DNA of 64,000 nucleotides from Candidatus Omnitrophota bacterium (GTDB lineage Bacteria; Omnitrophota; Omnitrophia; Omnitrophales; Aquincolibacteriaceae): NCBI GenBank assembly GCA_022709525.1, contig JAKLIQ010000007.1, positions 49,720 to 113,719 of the forward strand, read 5' to 3'. Shown piece by piece: positions 40,772 to 48,802 of this stretch (position 1 is its first letter; each line of letters starts with the position of its first letter). The notes under the pieces were generated by a model. It saw only the letters and a program-made list of their open reading frames with translations, ran no database searches and was not told where the DNA came from. The position numbers and the translations under genes were made by a program.

Positions 40772-40849
40772 GTCAGACTACAGACTACAGCTAGTAAATC
40801 CTCAGTATTTAGGGAGCAGTTTTCGATTTTTGTGATCCAAATTCAGTCT

Positions 40850-40877
40850 TTGAAATCAGGAAGTTCTTCGGTAGAAT
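40850..40877 (+). promoter_or_regulatory. candidate sigma70-type promoter TTGAAA-N16-TAGAAT upstream of the nucleotidyltransferase-fold gene
   Basis: ttgaaatcaggaagttcttcggtagaat sits in the 155-nt gap after the giant gene stop. Confidence 0.3.
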
Positions 40878-40926
40878 CATCCCATGCTTATTCTTAATGT
40901 ACTGAAGGCTCTCATGGAAAAAACAT

Positions 40927-41487
40927 ATGAATTATTCAACGGTTTTTGATCTTATTGCCGAGGCGGCTCAAAAAGCAGGCGCTCGCCTTATTCTGATCGG
41001 CGGTTTTGCCGTCAATGCGTATCATTATGCACGCAATACGAAAGATGTCGACTTTCTAACGACCGATGAAGATTACCCGAAGATCGCGCGTTTTCTTTCC
41101 TTATCAGGTTTTCGAGAATCAGTTAAGACCGACGTCTTCGTAAAGCAAGTTTTCGAAAATGCGGAAGGCATGCCCATCGATTTTTTATTCGTTGATCCTG
41201 ATACGTTCGAATCAATTTGGAAAGACGGCACGGAAACGGTTCTCTCGGGAAAGATATTTCGGATGCCGTCGCTTTTCCATCTGATTGCGTTGAAATTGCA
41301 TGCGATCAAGCAAGGCTCCAAGGATCGCGCTTGGAAAGATATCCCCGACATTCTCAATCTCATCGAAGCGAATCGGATCGACATTCGGTCATTCGATTTT
41401 GTGGAAGTTTGCCGGAAATACGGTCCGAAGGGCATTTATGAAGATATCTTAAAAATGTGTACCGGAGACAAAAAAAAGGATGGATAA
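40927..41487 (+). CDS. nucleotidyltransferase-fold protein (hG[GS]...DhDh motif: LILIGGFAVNAYHYARNTKDVDFL)
   Basis: 186-aa ORF with a Pol-beta-type NTase signature near the N-terminus. It is the first gene after the giant ORF. Confidence 0.5.
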   Translation: MNYSTVFDLIAEAAQKAGARLILIGGFAVNAYHYARNTKDVDFLTTDEDYPKIARFLSLSGFRESVKTDVFVKQVFENAEGMPIDFLFVDPDTFESIWKDGTETVLSGKIFRMPSLFHLIALKLHAIKQGSKDRAWKDIPDILNLIEANRIDIRSFDFVEVCRKYGPKGIYEDILKMCTGDKKKDG

Positions 41488-41677
41488 CCTTAAGTTTCCG
41501 ATAGGAAAAATTCCCCAGGATAATCCTCAAGGAATGTCGATGGAAAAGTATCTCGAGTTTGTATTATTTTGCCGGAAGACTTTTCCGCCCAAGGGGGAGT
41601 CTGACATGCCGGCACCGGTCCGTTTTGTGATCCGGGATGAGGGTGAGACATATCCTCAAAAACCTCCGGTAAAATAA
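41480..41677 (+). CDS. small hypothetical protein (65 aa) overlapping the NTase gene stop by 8 nt
   Basis: ORF is translationally coupled to the upstream gene. No recognisable motif; it could be a partner of the NTase. Confidence 0.25.
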   Translation: MDNLKFPIGKIPQDNPQGMSMEKYLEFVLFCRKTFPPKGESDMPAPVRFVIRDEGETYPQKPPVK

Positions 41678-41684
41678 ACCTCCC

Positions 41685-41741
41685 ATGGGTAAGAAAAAAA
41701 GACTGAAACTCGAGGAAATGCGATGGGGGTTGGGGTTGTGA
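41685..41741 (+). CDS. 18-codon u[21 protein letters not shown] overlapping the gmd start in another frame; its first 30 nt duplicate the start of the 42899 membrane-protein gene
   Basis: atgggtaagaaaaaaagactgaaactcgag at 41685-41714 versus atgggtaagaaaaaacgtctgaaactcgag at 42899-42928. The only 2 mismatches are synonymous Arg codons. Confidence 0.25.
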   Translation: MGKKKRLKLEEMRWGLGL

Positions 41742-42850
41742 AAAAAGCGCTTATTACGGGGGTTACGGGGCAAGACGGATCCTACCTTGCCGAGTTCCTC
41801 ATTTCCAAAGGATATGAAGTTCACGGGCTTATTCGTAGGGCAAGCAGCTTGAACACAAAAAGAATCCACCATCTCTGCGGTCTTCCGCATGATCAGAATG
41901 CAGATCTATTATTGCATTATGGAGATCTTACTGATAGCAGTGGATTAAATCGCCTTTTGGAAAAGATCGGTCCCGATGAGATCTATAATCTCGGGGCCCA
42001 GTCCCATGTCCAGGTTTCTTTTGAGATGCCGGAATATACCGCGGAAGTGGACGCTCTCGGCGCTTTGAGGCTTCTTGACGCGATAAAAGAAACAGGATTG
42101 AAAGAACAGATCCGTTTTTTTCAGGCGTCATCCTCCGAGATTTATGGAGAGGTACATGAAATCCCTCAAACGGAAACAACGGCGTTCTGCCCTCGCTCTC
42201 CTTACGGGGTCGCAAAACTTTATGCTTATTGGATGACAGTAAATTACCGCAAAGCTTATAGCCTGCACGCTTCAAATGGGATTTTTTTTAATCATGAGTC
42301 GCCTCGGCGAGGGGAGATGTTTGTGACCAGGAAAATCGCACAGACCGTGGTCGCGATCCTTCGGCAAGAGCAGGAATGTTTGCACATCGGAAATCTTGAC
42401 GCAAAGCGGGATTGGGGGTATGCGCCGGAATTTGTCGAAGCTATGTGGCTGATGCTGCAGCAAGATCAGCCAGATGATTATGTCATCGCGACAGGAGAAT
42501 CTCATAGTGTTCGCGAGTTTATCGAGAGGGCTTTTTCATTTTTAGGCGCGACTCTTGAGTGGCATGGAACCGGATTGAATGAGACGGCCGTCATCAAAAG
42601 TTTCGAACCCGTTTTTGACTTTAAGTTATCGTTTAAAAAAGGAGTTCCTGTTGTTAGGGTTGATCCCGCTTTTTTGAGGCCCATGGATGTCGAATTGCTT
42701 ATGGGGGATCCAACTAAAGCAAAGCATGTGCTGGGCTGGGAGCCGAAGGTGCGGTTTAATGATTTGGTTCGCATTATGATGGAGGCGGCGCTTGCCGATC
42801 ATGCGACATCCTTTCAAAATATTGGCAATCTAAGATTCGCACCATTTTGA
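41723..42850 (+). CDS. gmd: GDP-mannose 4,6-dehydratase
   Basis: [36 protein letters not shown]...[34 protein letters not shown]...[16 protein letters not shown]. Canonical Gmd/extended SDR motifs (TGxxGxxG; YxxxK region). Confidence 0.9.
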   Translation: MGVGVVKKALITGVTGQDGSYLAEFLISKGYEVHGLIRRASSLNTKRIHHLCGLPHDQNADLLLHYGDLTDSSGLNRLLEKIGPDEIYNLGAQSHVQVSFEMPEYTAEVDALGALRLLDAIKETGLKEQIRFFQASSSEIYGEVHEIPQTETTAFCPRSPYGVAKLYAYWMTVNYRKAYSLHASNGIFFNHESPRRGEMFVTRKIAQTVVAILRQEQECLHIGNLDAKRDWGYAPEFVEAMWLMLQQDQPDDYVIATGESHSVREFIERAFSFLGATLEWHGTGLNETAVIKSFEPVFDFKLSFKKGVPVVRVDPAFLRPMDVELLMGDPTKAKHVLGWEPKVRFNDLVRIMMEAALADHATSFQNIGNLRFAPF

Positions 42851-42898
42851 ACGTGCTATTTCTTGAATATTTTTCGCAATTTTTAATGGCGATTCGAT

Positions 42899-43447
42899 AT
42901 GGGTAAGAAAAAACGTCTGAAACTCGAGCGTGCGCAGCAAGCGGCGTTGGCTCAGAAAGCAGAAAAACTACCGCTCTCCAAAGGCGTTATTGTGTTTGGG
43001 ATCCTTTTGATCTTCACTTCGCTCGAGCATATGCTTAAATTGAGCGCGCAGAAGCCCCTGTATTTTGACGCTTACAAGTATATGCCGGAATGGTTCGTAG
43101 AGGTGCGATACGCTTTTTCCTGGTTTCTTCGATTTGCTGGCCTGACCGCAGGGATCGGGCTTCTCGCGCGCCAGGAATTCGCGAGAAAACTCGCTTTTGC
43201 TATCGGGGCATTCACCGTTCTGACCGTATACTGGAAGCATCCCGTTCATGCAGTCCAGCTTCATACACAGTATCTGGATAAACAGATCGGATATCTTCTT
43301 TCGATGACCGGGACGGGCGTCACCTTCACTTCAGTTGCTCCGATAGCCGCTGTTGTGCTTATGATCAACGACATCATTTTCTGGGGGATTTTTTTCTTTT
43401 TTTTCACCCGTCCGTTGGTTAAGGGCCAGTTTAAGCCTAGCGCTTGA
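42899..43447 (+). CDS. hypothetical integral membrane protein (about 4 TM helices)
   Basis: 182-aa ORF with a basic N-terminus [14 protein letters not shown] followed by hydrophobic helices. Sits in an operon with the sugar-modification genes. Confidence 0.6.
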   Translation: MGKKKRLKLERAQQAALAQKAEKLPLSKGVIVFGILLIFTSLEHMLKLSAQKPLYFDAYKYMPEWFVEVRYAFSWFLRFAGLTAGIGLLARQEFARKLAFAIGAFTVLTVYWKHPVHAVQLHTQYLDKQIGYLLSMTGTGVTFTSVAPIAAVVLMINDIIFWGIFFFFFTRPLVKGQFKPSA

Positions 43448-43500
43448 AAGATGGCCATCTTTCTTCTTACAGACTCTTCTTTGCGTAAAGAATTCCGACA

Positions 43501-44943
43501 ATGATCAAAGCGGTTTTTTGCCAAAGATTTTTCTATCCCTTCTTTGGCGTTATGGCGATATCGGCCGTGCTGAAAAAAAGCGGGCACTCTACCGAGCTCG
43601 TGATGGAGACGAGCGTCAAAAAAGCCATCGCCGAGATCCTTCGCGCCGATCCCAACGTCGTTCTTTTCTCGACCCTTACCGCGACGGGGGATTTTGAATG
43701 GTCTCTTGAAGTCGCTAAACAATTAAAACGAAATAATCCGTCGATTTTGACCATTTTCGGCAATTTGCATCCTACCTTATTTCCCGAAGAGACGATGGCG
43801 CATGACGCCGTTGACATCCTGTGTCGCGGGGAAGGGGAGTTTCCCGTATTGGAATTGTCTGACCGGCTACGTCGCGGGAAAAATTATTCGGATATCGCGG
43901 GATTATGGGTCCGGTCTCCCGCCGGTATCGCAAAAAATCCCTCAGCGGTCTTTATCGAAGATCTCGATGTCCTGCCTTTTCCCGACCGTGATCTTTACCA
44001 GAAATACGGGTTTTTCGACAATTCGGATTCCATCGATGTTATAGCCGGCCGGGGTTGTCCGTTCCACTGCAGTTTTTGTATGAATTCGACTTTGCAAGAA
44101 TTATTCCGAGGAAAAGGCCGGTTTGTCCGGAAAGTCAGCCCTTTGTATATGATCCAAGAATTAGAGGAGGTGAAAAGGAAATTCAGGCCCAAATCGATCA
44201 AATTCTCCGACGACCTATTTTCTGCCCATAAAGGATGGCTCAAAGAATTCTCTCAAATGTATAAGAAGCGTATTGGTCTTCCTTTTTTATGCAGTGTCAC
44301 CGCGGATACCGTCGATGACGAAACCATCTCCTGGCTGGCCGACGCGGGCGCTTACATGATCTCCATGGGCGTCGAGACGGGGAACGAAGGTATGCGTTAT
44401 GGCCTTTTAAATAAAAAAGTAGCTGATGCTAAATTCGAAGAGGCGGCGCGCAGGATCCATCAACACGGCGTCAAGGTCCTGACGACGAATATCATCGGTT
44501 TTCCGGGGGAGACGCTCGATAACGCCTTTGAGACTATAAGCTTTAATCAGAAGATAAAGACCGATGTCGTCTATTTTTCTGTTTTCCAGCCTTATCCGCA
44601 GCTTCCTTTAACGAAAAAAATGGAAGCATCGGGCGTGTTCGGGCCCATTCCGCCCGCTGAATTTAACACGACTTTCTGGAAGGGTTCGCTCCTAAAGCAG
44701 GACAATATGGACCGGCTTGTGAATTTGCATAAGTTTTTTTTCCTGGTTTTTAAATTCCCATGGCTTAAGCCTGTTGTGAAGTTCTTGATCCAGTTGCCAC
44801 CCAACTGGTTCTTCGAACAAATTTTTATTTTCAGCTATGGTTGGCAGGCTTTGACTTCACTGCACCGCCATCCCTTGCAGCTTTTAGCGATGGCGCTCGG
44901 CAACTTGAAGATCTTTTTTAACACTAAGGGCGCTTCTCGATGA
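43501..44943 (+). CDS. B12-binding-domain radical SAM enzyme (class B radical SAM, likely C-methyltransferase), paralog 1
   Basis: N-terminal cobalamin-binding-like region followed by a CxxxCxxC motif (AGRGCPFHCSFCMNS). 480 aa. Overlaps the next gene by 4 nt (ATGA). Confidence 0.85.
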   Translation: MIKAVFCQRFFYPFFGVMAISAVLKKSGHSTELVMETSVKKAIAEILRADPNVVLFSTLTATGDFEWSLEVAKQLKRNNPSILTIFGNLHPTLFPEETMAHDAVDILCRGEGEFPVLELSDRLRRGKNYSDIAGLWVRSPAGIAKNPSAVFIEDLDVLPFPDRDLYQKYGFFDNSDSIDVIAGRGCPFHCSFCMNSTLQELFRGKGRFVRKVSPLYMIQELEEVKRKFRPKSIKFSDDLFSAHKGWLKEFSQMYKKRIGLPFLCSVTADTVDDETISWLADAGAYMISMGVETGNEGMRYGLLNKKVADAKFEEAARRIHQHGVKVLTTNIIGFPGETLDNAFETISFNQKIKTDVVYFSVFQPYPQLPLTKKMEASGVFGPIPPAEFNTTFWKGSLLKQDNMDRLVNLHKFFFLVFKFPWLKPVVKFLIQLPPNWFFEQIFIFSYGWQALTSLHRHPLQLLAMALGNLKIFFNTKGASR

Positions 44944-46382
44944 TCCGGGTTATTTTTTGCCAGAGGTTCGTCTATTCCTATTTTGGCGTCATGTCGCTTT
45001 CAGCCGTCTTGAAAAGGGCGGGACATCATACGGAGTTGGTGCTGGAAGGGTCTGTTGCAAAAGCCGCTTCCGAGATCCTCCGCTTGGATCCCGATGTTGT
45101 TATGTTCTCGACCCTGACGGCAACAGGGGATTTCGAGTGGTCGCTGGAAGTCGCCAAAGCCATCAAACGGGAAAATAAAAATATTCTCACGGTCTTCGGC
45201 GGTTTGCACCCAACCCTGTTCCCGGAGGAGACGATGGCTAATGACGCCGTGGACGTTATCTGCAGGGGAGAGGGAGAAATTCCAGCGCTGGAATTATGCA
45301 ACCGCTTGGGTCGCGGGGAAGATTATTCCAGCATTCCGAGTTTATGGGTTAAGTCCTCCAAAGGGATCGCGAGGAATCCTGTGGGGATGCTCGTGGAGGA
45401 TCTCGATACCTTGCCGTTCCCTGACCGGGATCTTTATCAAAAATACGGGTACTTCAATCATCTTGATTCCATTGATGCGATAGCGGGAAGGGGCTGTCTT
45501 TTTAACTGCAGCTTTTGTATGAACGGCGTTCTTCGTGATCTTCACAAAGGGAAGGGGAAATATATCCGCAAGTTCAGCCCTGGGCATATGATCCGGGAAC
45601 TGGAAGAAGTAAAAAGAAAGTTCCAACCGAAGTCCTTTACATTCGTTGATGAGCTATTTACGGTCAATAAAAGCTGGGTCCATGAATTTTCTAAAAAATA
45701 CAAGGAACGCATCAAGCTGCCTTTTACTTGCAGCGTCACGGCGGACACGATCGACGATGAAAGCGCCGCTTGGTTGGCGGATGCCGGCGCTTACACGATC
45801 TCGATGGGGGTTGAGACGGGTAATGAACAGCTTCGTTTGGGGCTTTTAAATAAACGCGTTACCAATGCGCAGCTTGAGAAAGCCGCGTCCGCACTTCACC
45901 GTCACGGGATCGGCGTTTTGACGTCGAATGTGGTGGGGTGGCCAGGAGAAACGGTAGATCATGCTTTTGAGACTATCGAACTCAATCAAAAGATCAAGAC
46001 GGATTACGTCTATTTCACGGTCTTTCAACCGTATCCCAAATTACCTTTGACGAATAAGCTGCAAGCCGAGGGAGCGCTTGCTGGGATCAAGCCGGAGGAT
46101 TTTAATGCGACGATGTTTCGGGGGTCGATGTTGAAACAGGGCAACATTCATGAGCTTACTAATCTCCATAAATTTTTTTTCCTGGTTTTTACATTCCCTT
46201 GGCTCAAGCCCCTCGTGAGATTTTTGATCCGGCTGCCTTCCAACTGGTTCTTTGACCAGATCTTTATTCTTAGTTACGCATGGATGGCGTTAACCTGTTA
46301 TCGCAGGCATCCGTTGCAGCTTTTGGCCATGGCATTCGGCAATATGCGGATCTTTTATAATGATAAGGGAGTGTCCCGTTGA
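44940..46382 (+). CDS. B12-binding-domain radical SAM enzyme, paralog 2 (tandem duplicate, about 65-70% identical to paralog 1)
   Basis: AGRGCLFNCSFCMNG. Identical length (480 aa) and colinear similarity to 43501..44943 along the whole protein. Confidence 0.85.
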   Translation: MIRVIFCQRFVYSYFGVMSLSAVLKRAGHHTELVLEGSVAKAASEILRLDPDVVMFSTLTATGDFEWSLEVAKAIKRENKNILTVFGGLHPTLFPEETMANDAVDVICRGEGEIPALELCNRLGRGEDYSSIPSLWVKSSKGIARNPVGMLVEDLDTLPFPDRDLYQKYGYFNHLDSIDAIAGRGCLFNCSFCMNGVLRDLHKGKGKYIRKFSPGHMIRELEEVKRKFQPKSFTFVDELFTVNKSWVHEFSKKYKERIKLPFTCSVTADTIDDESAAWLADAGAYTISMGVETGNEQLRLGLLNKRVTNAQLEKAASALHRHGIGVLTSNVVGWPGETVDHAFETIELNQKIKTDYVYFTVFQPYPKLPLTNKLQAEGALAGIKPEDFNATMFRGSMLKQGNIHELTNLHKFFFLVFTFPWLKPLVRFLIRLPSNWFFDQIFILSYAWMALTCYRRHPLQLLAMAFGNMRIFYNDKGVSR

Positions 46383-46999
46383 ATTTTTTAAAAGGAATTC
46401 ACTATCGCAGCAGAATTTTTTATGACGCCCTCGACCTGCTCAAGTTAGGCCGAAAGCGTTTTTTTCGGTTCCAAATCGCTGCGCAGCATATCAAGCCGGG
46501 TGAATCGGTGATCGATGTGTGCGCGGGATGCGGCGCGCTCAAGGATTTTATCTTGCGGGATTGCGCTTATACGGCGGTCGAAGCAAGCCCGGAATTTTCT
46601 TTAACGCTAAAGCAAAAAGGGATCGAATGTATTTCCTGCGATCTGCATCGGGGGTGGCCGGAATCCATTCCGACGGCCGATGTCATCGTCATGGTGATAT
46701 CGCTTTGCCAGTTCAGGGATACCTCTGCGGAGCGGCTGCTGGAAAGCTTCAAAAAAGCCGCGAAGCGAGTCGTGATCGTGGAGGAAGTCCTGAAAAAACC
46801 GCGGCTGAAAGGATCTTGGTTCCAAAAGCTCATAAACTATCTATGCGCGACAGATTTTTACGTGCCAGTCGATTCGTGGTATACGGGTTCGGAATTTGAA
46901 AAGCTGATGCAAAACCACGGCTATCAATGTGAGAAGACATCCGGTCGATACAGGGTGGGATCGTACGGTTTTAACCCAGGTCAGGATAAGGTATCATGA
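46379..46999 (+). CDS. class I SAM-dependent methyltransferase
   Basis: Motif I VIDVCAGCGALKDF. 206 aa. Translationally coupled on both sides. Confidence 0.7.
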   Translation: MNFLKGIHYRSRIFYDALDLLKLGRKRFFRFQIAAQHIKPGESVIDVCAGCGALKDFILRDCAYTAVEASPEFSLTLKQKGIECISCDLHRGWPESIPTADVIVMVISLCQFRDTSAERLLESFKKAAKRVVIVEEVLKKPRLKGSWFQKLINYLCATDFYVPVDSWYTGSEFEKLMQNHGYQCEKTSGRYRVGSYGFNPGQDKVS

Positions 47000-48111
47000 A
47001 AACAAAAATAAATATTCCATGGGCCCAGCCGTGTTTTTGGGGTGATGAACAAAGATTTGTGACGGACGCATTAAGGTCATCTTGGATCTCCGGCGGTCCT
47101 TTTGTGCAACGGTTCGAAAAAGAATTGGCGAAGCATCATGGCGTTCCGTTCTGCATCACGACGTCGAATGGGACCACTGCGCTGCAACTGGCGCTTATGG
47201 CGGCGGGCGTTGGTCCCGGCGATGAAGTGATCGTTCCTGGGTTTTCGTTCCTTGCTCCGGCCAATATGGTCCTCGGGATCGGGGCAAAACCGGTCTATGC
47301 GGATATCGATCCGGCAACTTGGTGTATGGACCCTGCTTGCGTTAAAGCGAAGATCTCGCGCAAGACCAAGGCGATCGTGGCGGTCCATAACTACGGAAAT
47401 GTTTGCGATATGAATGCTCTTCGGGGCCTGGCTAAGCGTCGCGGGCTTTTTCTGATCGAAGACGTTGCGGAGGCACTTTTTTCAAAATATAACGGTCAAC
47501 TGGCCGGAACGTTTGGTGATATCGGCTGTTTCAGTTTTCAAGCTACGAAAACCATCACGATGGGAGAGGGCGGATGCGTTCTCACCTCTAACAAGAAGCT
47601 ACACCGCTTGATGCGCCTCATTCGCGACCATGGGATGCCGCAGCGGGGGCGTTATTGGCACGAAGTCCTGGGGTACAACTTCCGGTTGACCAACCTTCAA
47701 GCGGCCTTAGGTTGCGCGCAATTCAAGTACCGTTTAAGGATCATCGCCGCAAAACGAAAAGTTTATTCTCTTTATCGTAAATATTTAAAGGGTCAAAAGG
47801 GGATTCGGTTCCAGTTGGTTCGCCGGGAGGTCCGGCCGGTGATCTGGACGGTCGCCGTTGAGATCGATCCTTCGGTGTTTAATATGAAAAGAGACGAAGC
47901 TATCCGGTGTTTGGCGGCGGCCGGGATAGAGACTCGGCCAGGGTTTATACCCGCAAGCCTGATGCCGCTCTATCATGCGCCATCTTTGCCTACAGCCGAA
48001 CGTATCAGCGCCAGGGTCCTGTGCCTCCCGTCTTTTCCGGGATTGAAGGAGTCTGAGATCAAGCGCATTTGTGGCCAATTGAAGAAGCTAAGTAGAAAAA
48101 CGCATGGATAA
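46996..48111 (+). CDS. DegT/DnrJ/EryC1/StrS-family PLP-dependent sugar aminotransferase
   Basis: PWAQPCFWGDEQRFVTDALRSSWISGGPFVQRFEKELA...; SFQATKTITMGEGG (Lys-containing PLP motif). Confidence 0.9.
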   Translation: MKTKINIPWAQPCFWGDEQRFVTDALRSSWISGGPFVQRFEKELAKHHGVPFCITTSNGTTALQLALMAAGVGPGDEVIVPGFSFLAPANMVLGIGAKPVYADIDPATWCMDPACVKAKISRKTKAIVAVHNYGNVCDMNALRGLAKRRGLFLIEDVAEALFSKYNGQLAGTFGDIGCFSFQATKTITMGEGGCVLTSNKKLHRLMRLIRDHGMPQRGRYWHEVLGYNFRLTNLQAALGCAQFKYRLRIIAAKRKVYSLYRKYLKGQKGIRFQLVRREVRPVIWTVAVEIDPSVFNMKRDEAIRCLAAAGIETRPGFIPASLMPLYHAPSLPTAERISARVLCLPSFPGLKESEIKRICGQLKKLSRKTHG

Positions 48112-48802
48112 GATCTCGGTGATCCTGCCCACGTTCAATGAGCGGGAAAATATCATTTCGCTCATCCCGGCCATTCATAGCAAGCTCCGGGATTTTTCTC
48201 ATGAGATACTTGTCGTGGACGATCAAAGCAGCGACGGAACGGCTCAAGCTGTTACGGATCTCCAGGATCCGGGAGTCCGCGTGATCGTCAGGACCGAAGA
48301 CCATGGTTACGCCAAATCCATCCGGTGCGGGATCGAGCAGGCGGCGGGGGACATCTTGATCCTTATGGATTCTGATTTTAATCATGATCCGCGGTATCTT
48401 CCCGTCATGGCTCAAACCTTATCCGGCTGCGATTGCGTTTCCGGATCAAGATTTTTAAAAGGGGGAGGGATGGCTCCGGCATGGCGCGGCTTTTTAAGCA
48501 GGATCTTTAACCTTTTTATCCGCCTCGTGACCGGCGGAAAGATGAGCGATAGTCTTTTTGGGTTTTTTGCGATCAAGAGGGGATCGCTTAAACGTTGCCC
48601 TCTTGACGAGATTTTCTTTGGATTCGGTGATTATGGGATACGCCTGCTCTTTTATCTTCAAAAGAAGAGAGCCGGCATCGTTGAATTTCCGGCGATCTGC
48701 GGCCGCCGGTTGGCAGGTCGAGGAAATCGCCGCTTTTTTCAAACTTTCTGTCAGTACACGGCGGCAACCTTGGCGCTTGCCGGTAAAGGCAGGATATCTT
48801 GA
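48104..48802 (+). CDS. family 2 glycosyltransferase (polyprenyl-phosphate sugar synthase-like)
   Basis: SVILPTFNERENI...ILVVDDQSSDGT...ILILMDSDFNHDP. GT2 DxD architecture. Confidence 0.85.
   Translation: MDKISVILPTFNERENIISLIPAIHSKLRDFSHEILVVDDQSSDGTAQAVTDLQDPGVRVIVRTEDHGYAKSIRCGIEQAAGDILILMDSDFNHDPRYLPVMAQTLSGCDCVSGSRFLKGGGMAPAWRGFLSRIFNLFIRLVTGGKMSDSLFGFFAIKRGSLKRCPLDEIFFGFGDYGIRLLFYLQKKRAGIVEFPAICGRRLAGRGNRRFFQTFCQYTAATLALAGKGRIS

Noticed and set aside
40772-40926. cagactacagactacag short tandem element right after the giant gene stop
   Set aside because: Only 2.5 copies of a 7-mer. Too short to call a functional repeat. Mentioned only as a possible terminator or spacer context.
46519-46899. 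126-aa alternate-frame ORF inside the class I methyltransferase gene
   Set aside because: Overlaps a gene with a clear SAM-binding motif in a different frame. No support.
47641-47660. TGGCACGAAGTCCTGG as a possible sigma-54 -24 element
   Set aside because: Lies inside the DegT aminotransferase coding sequence, has no TTGC -12 element at the correct spacing, and sits in the wrong context for a promoter.
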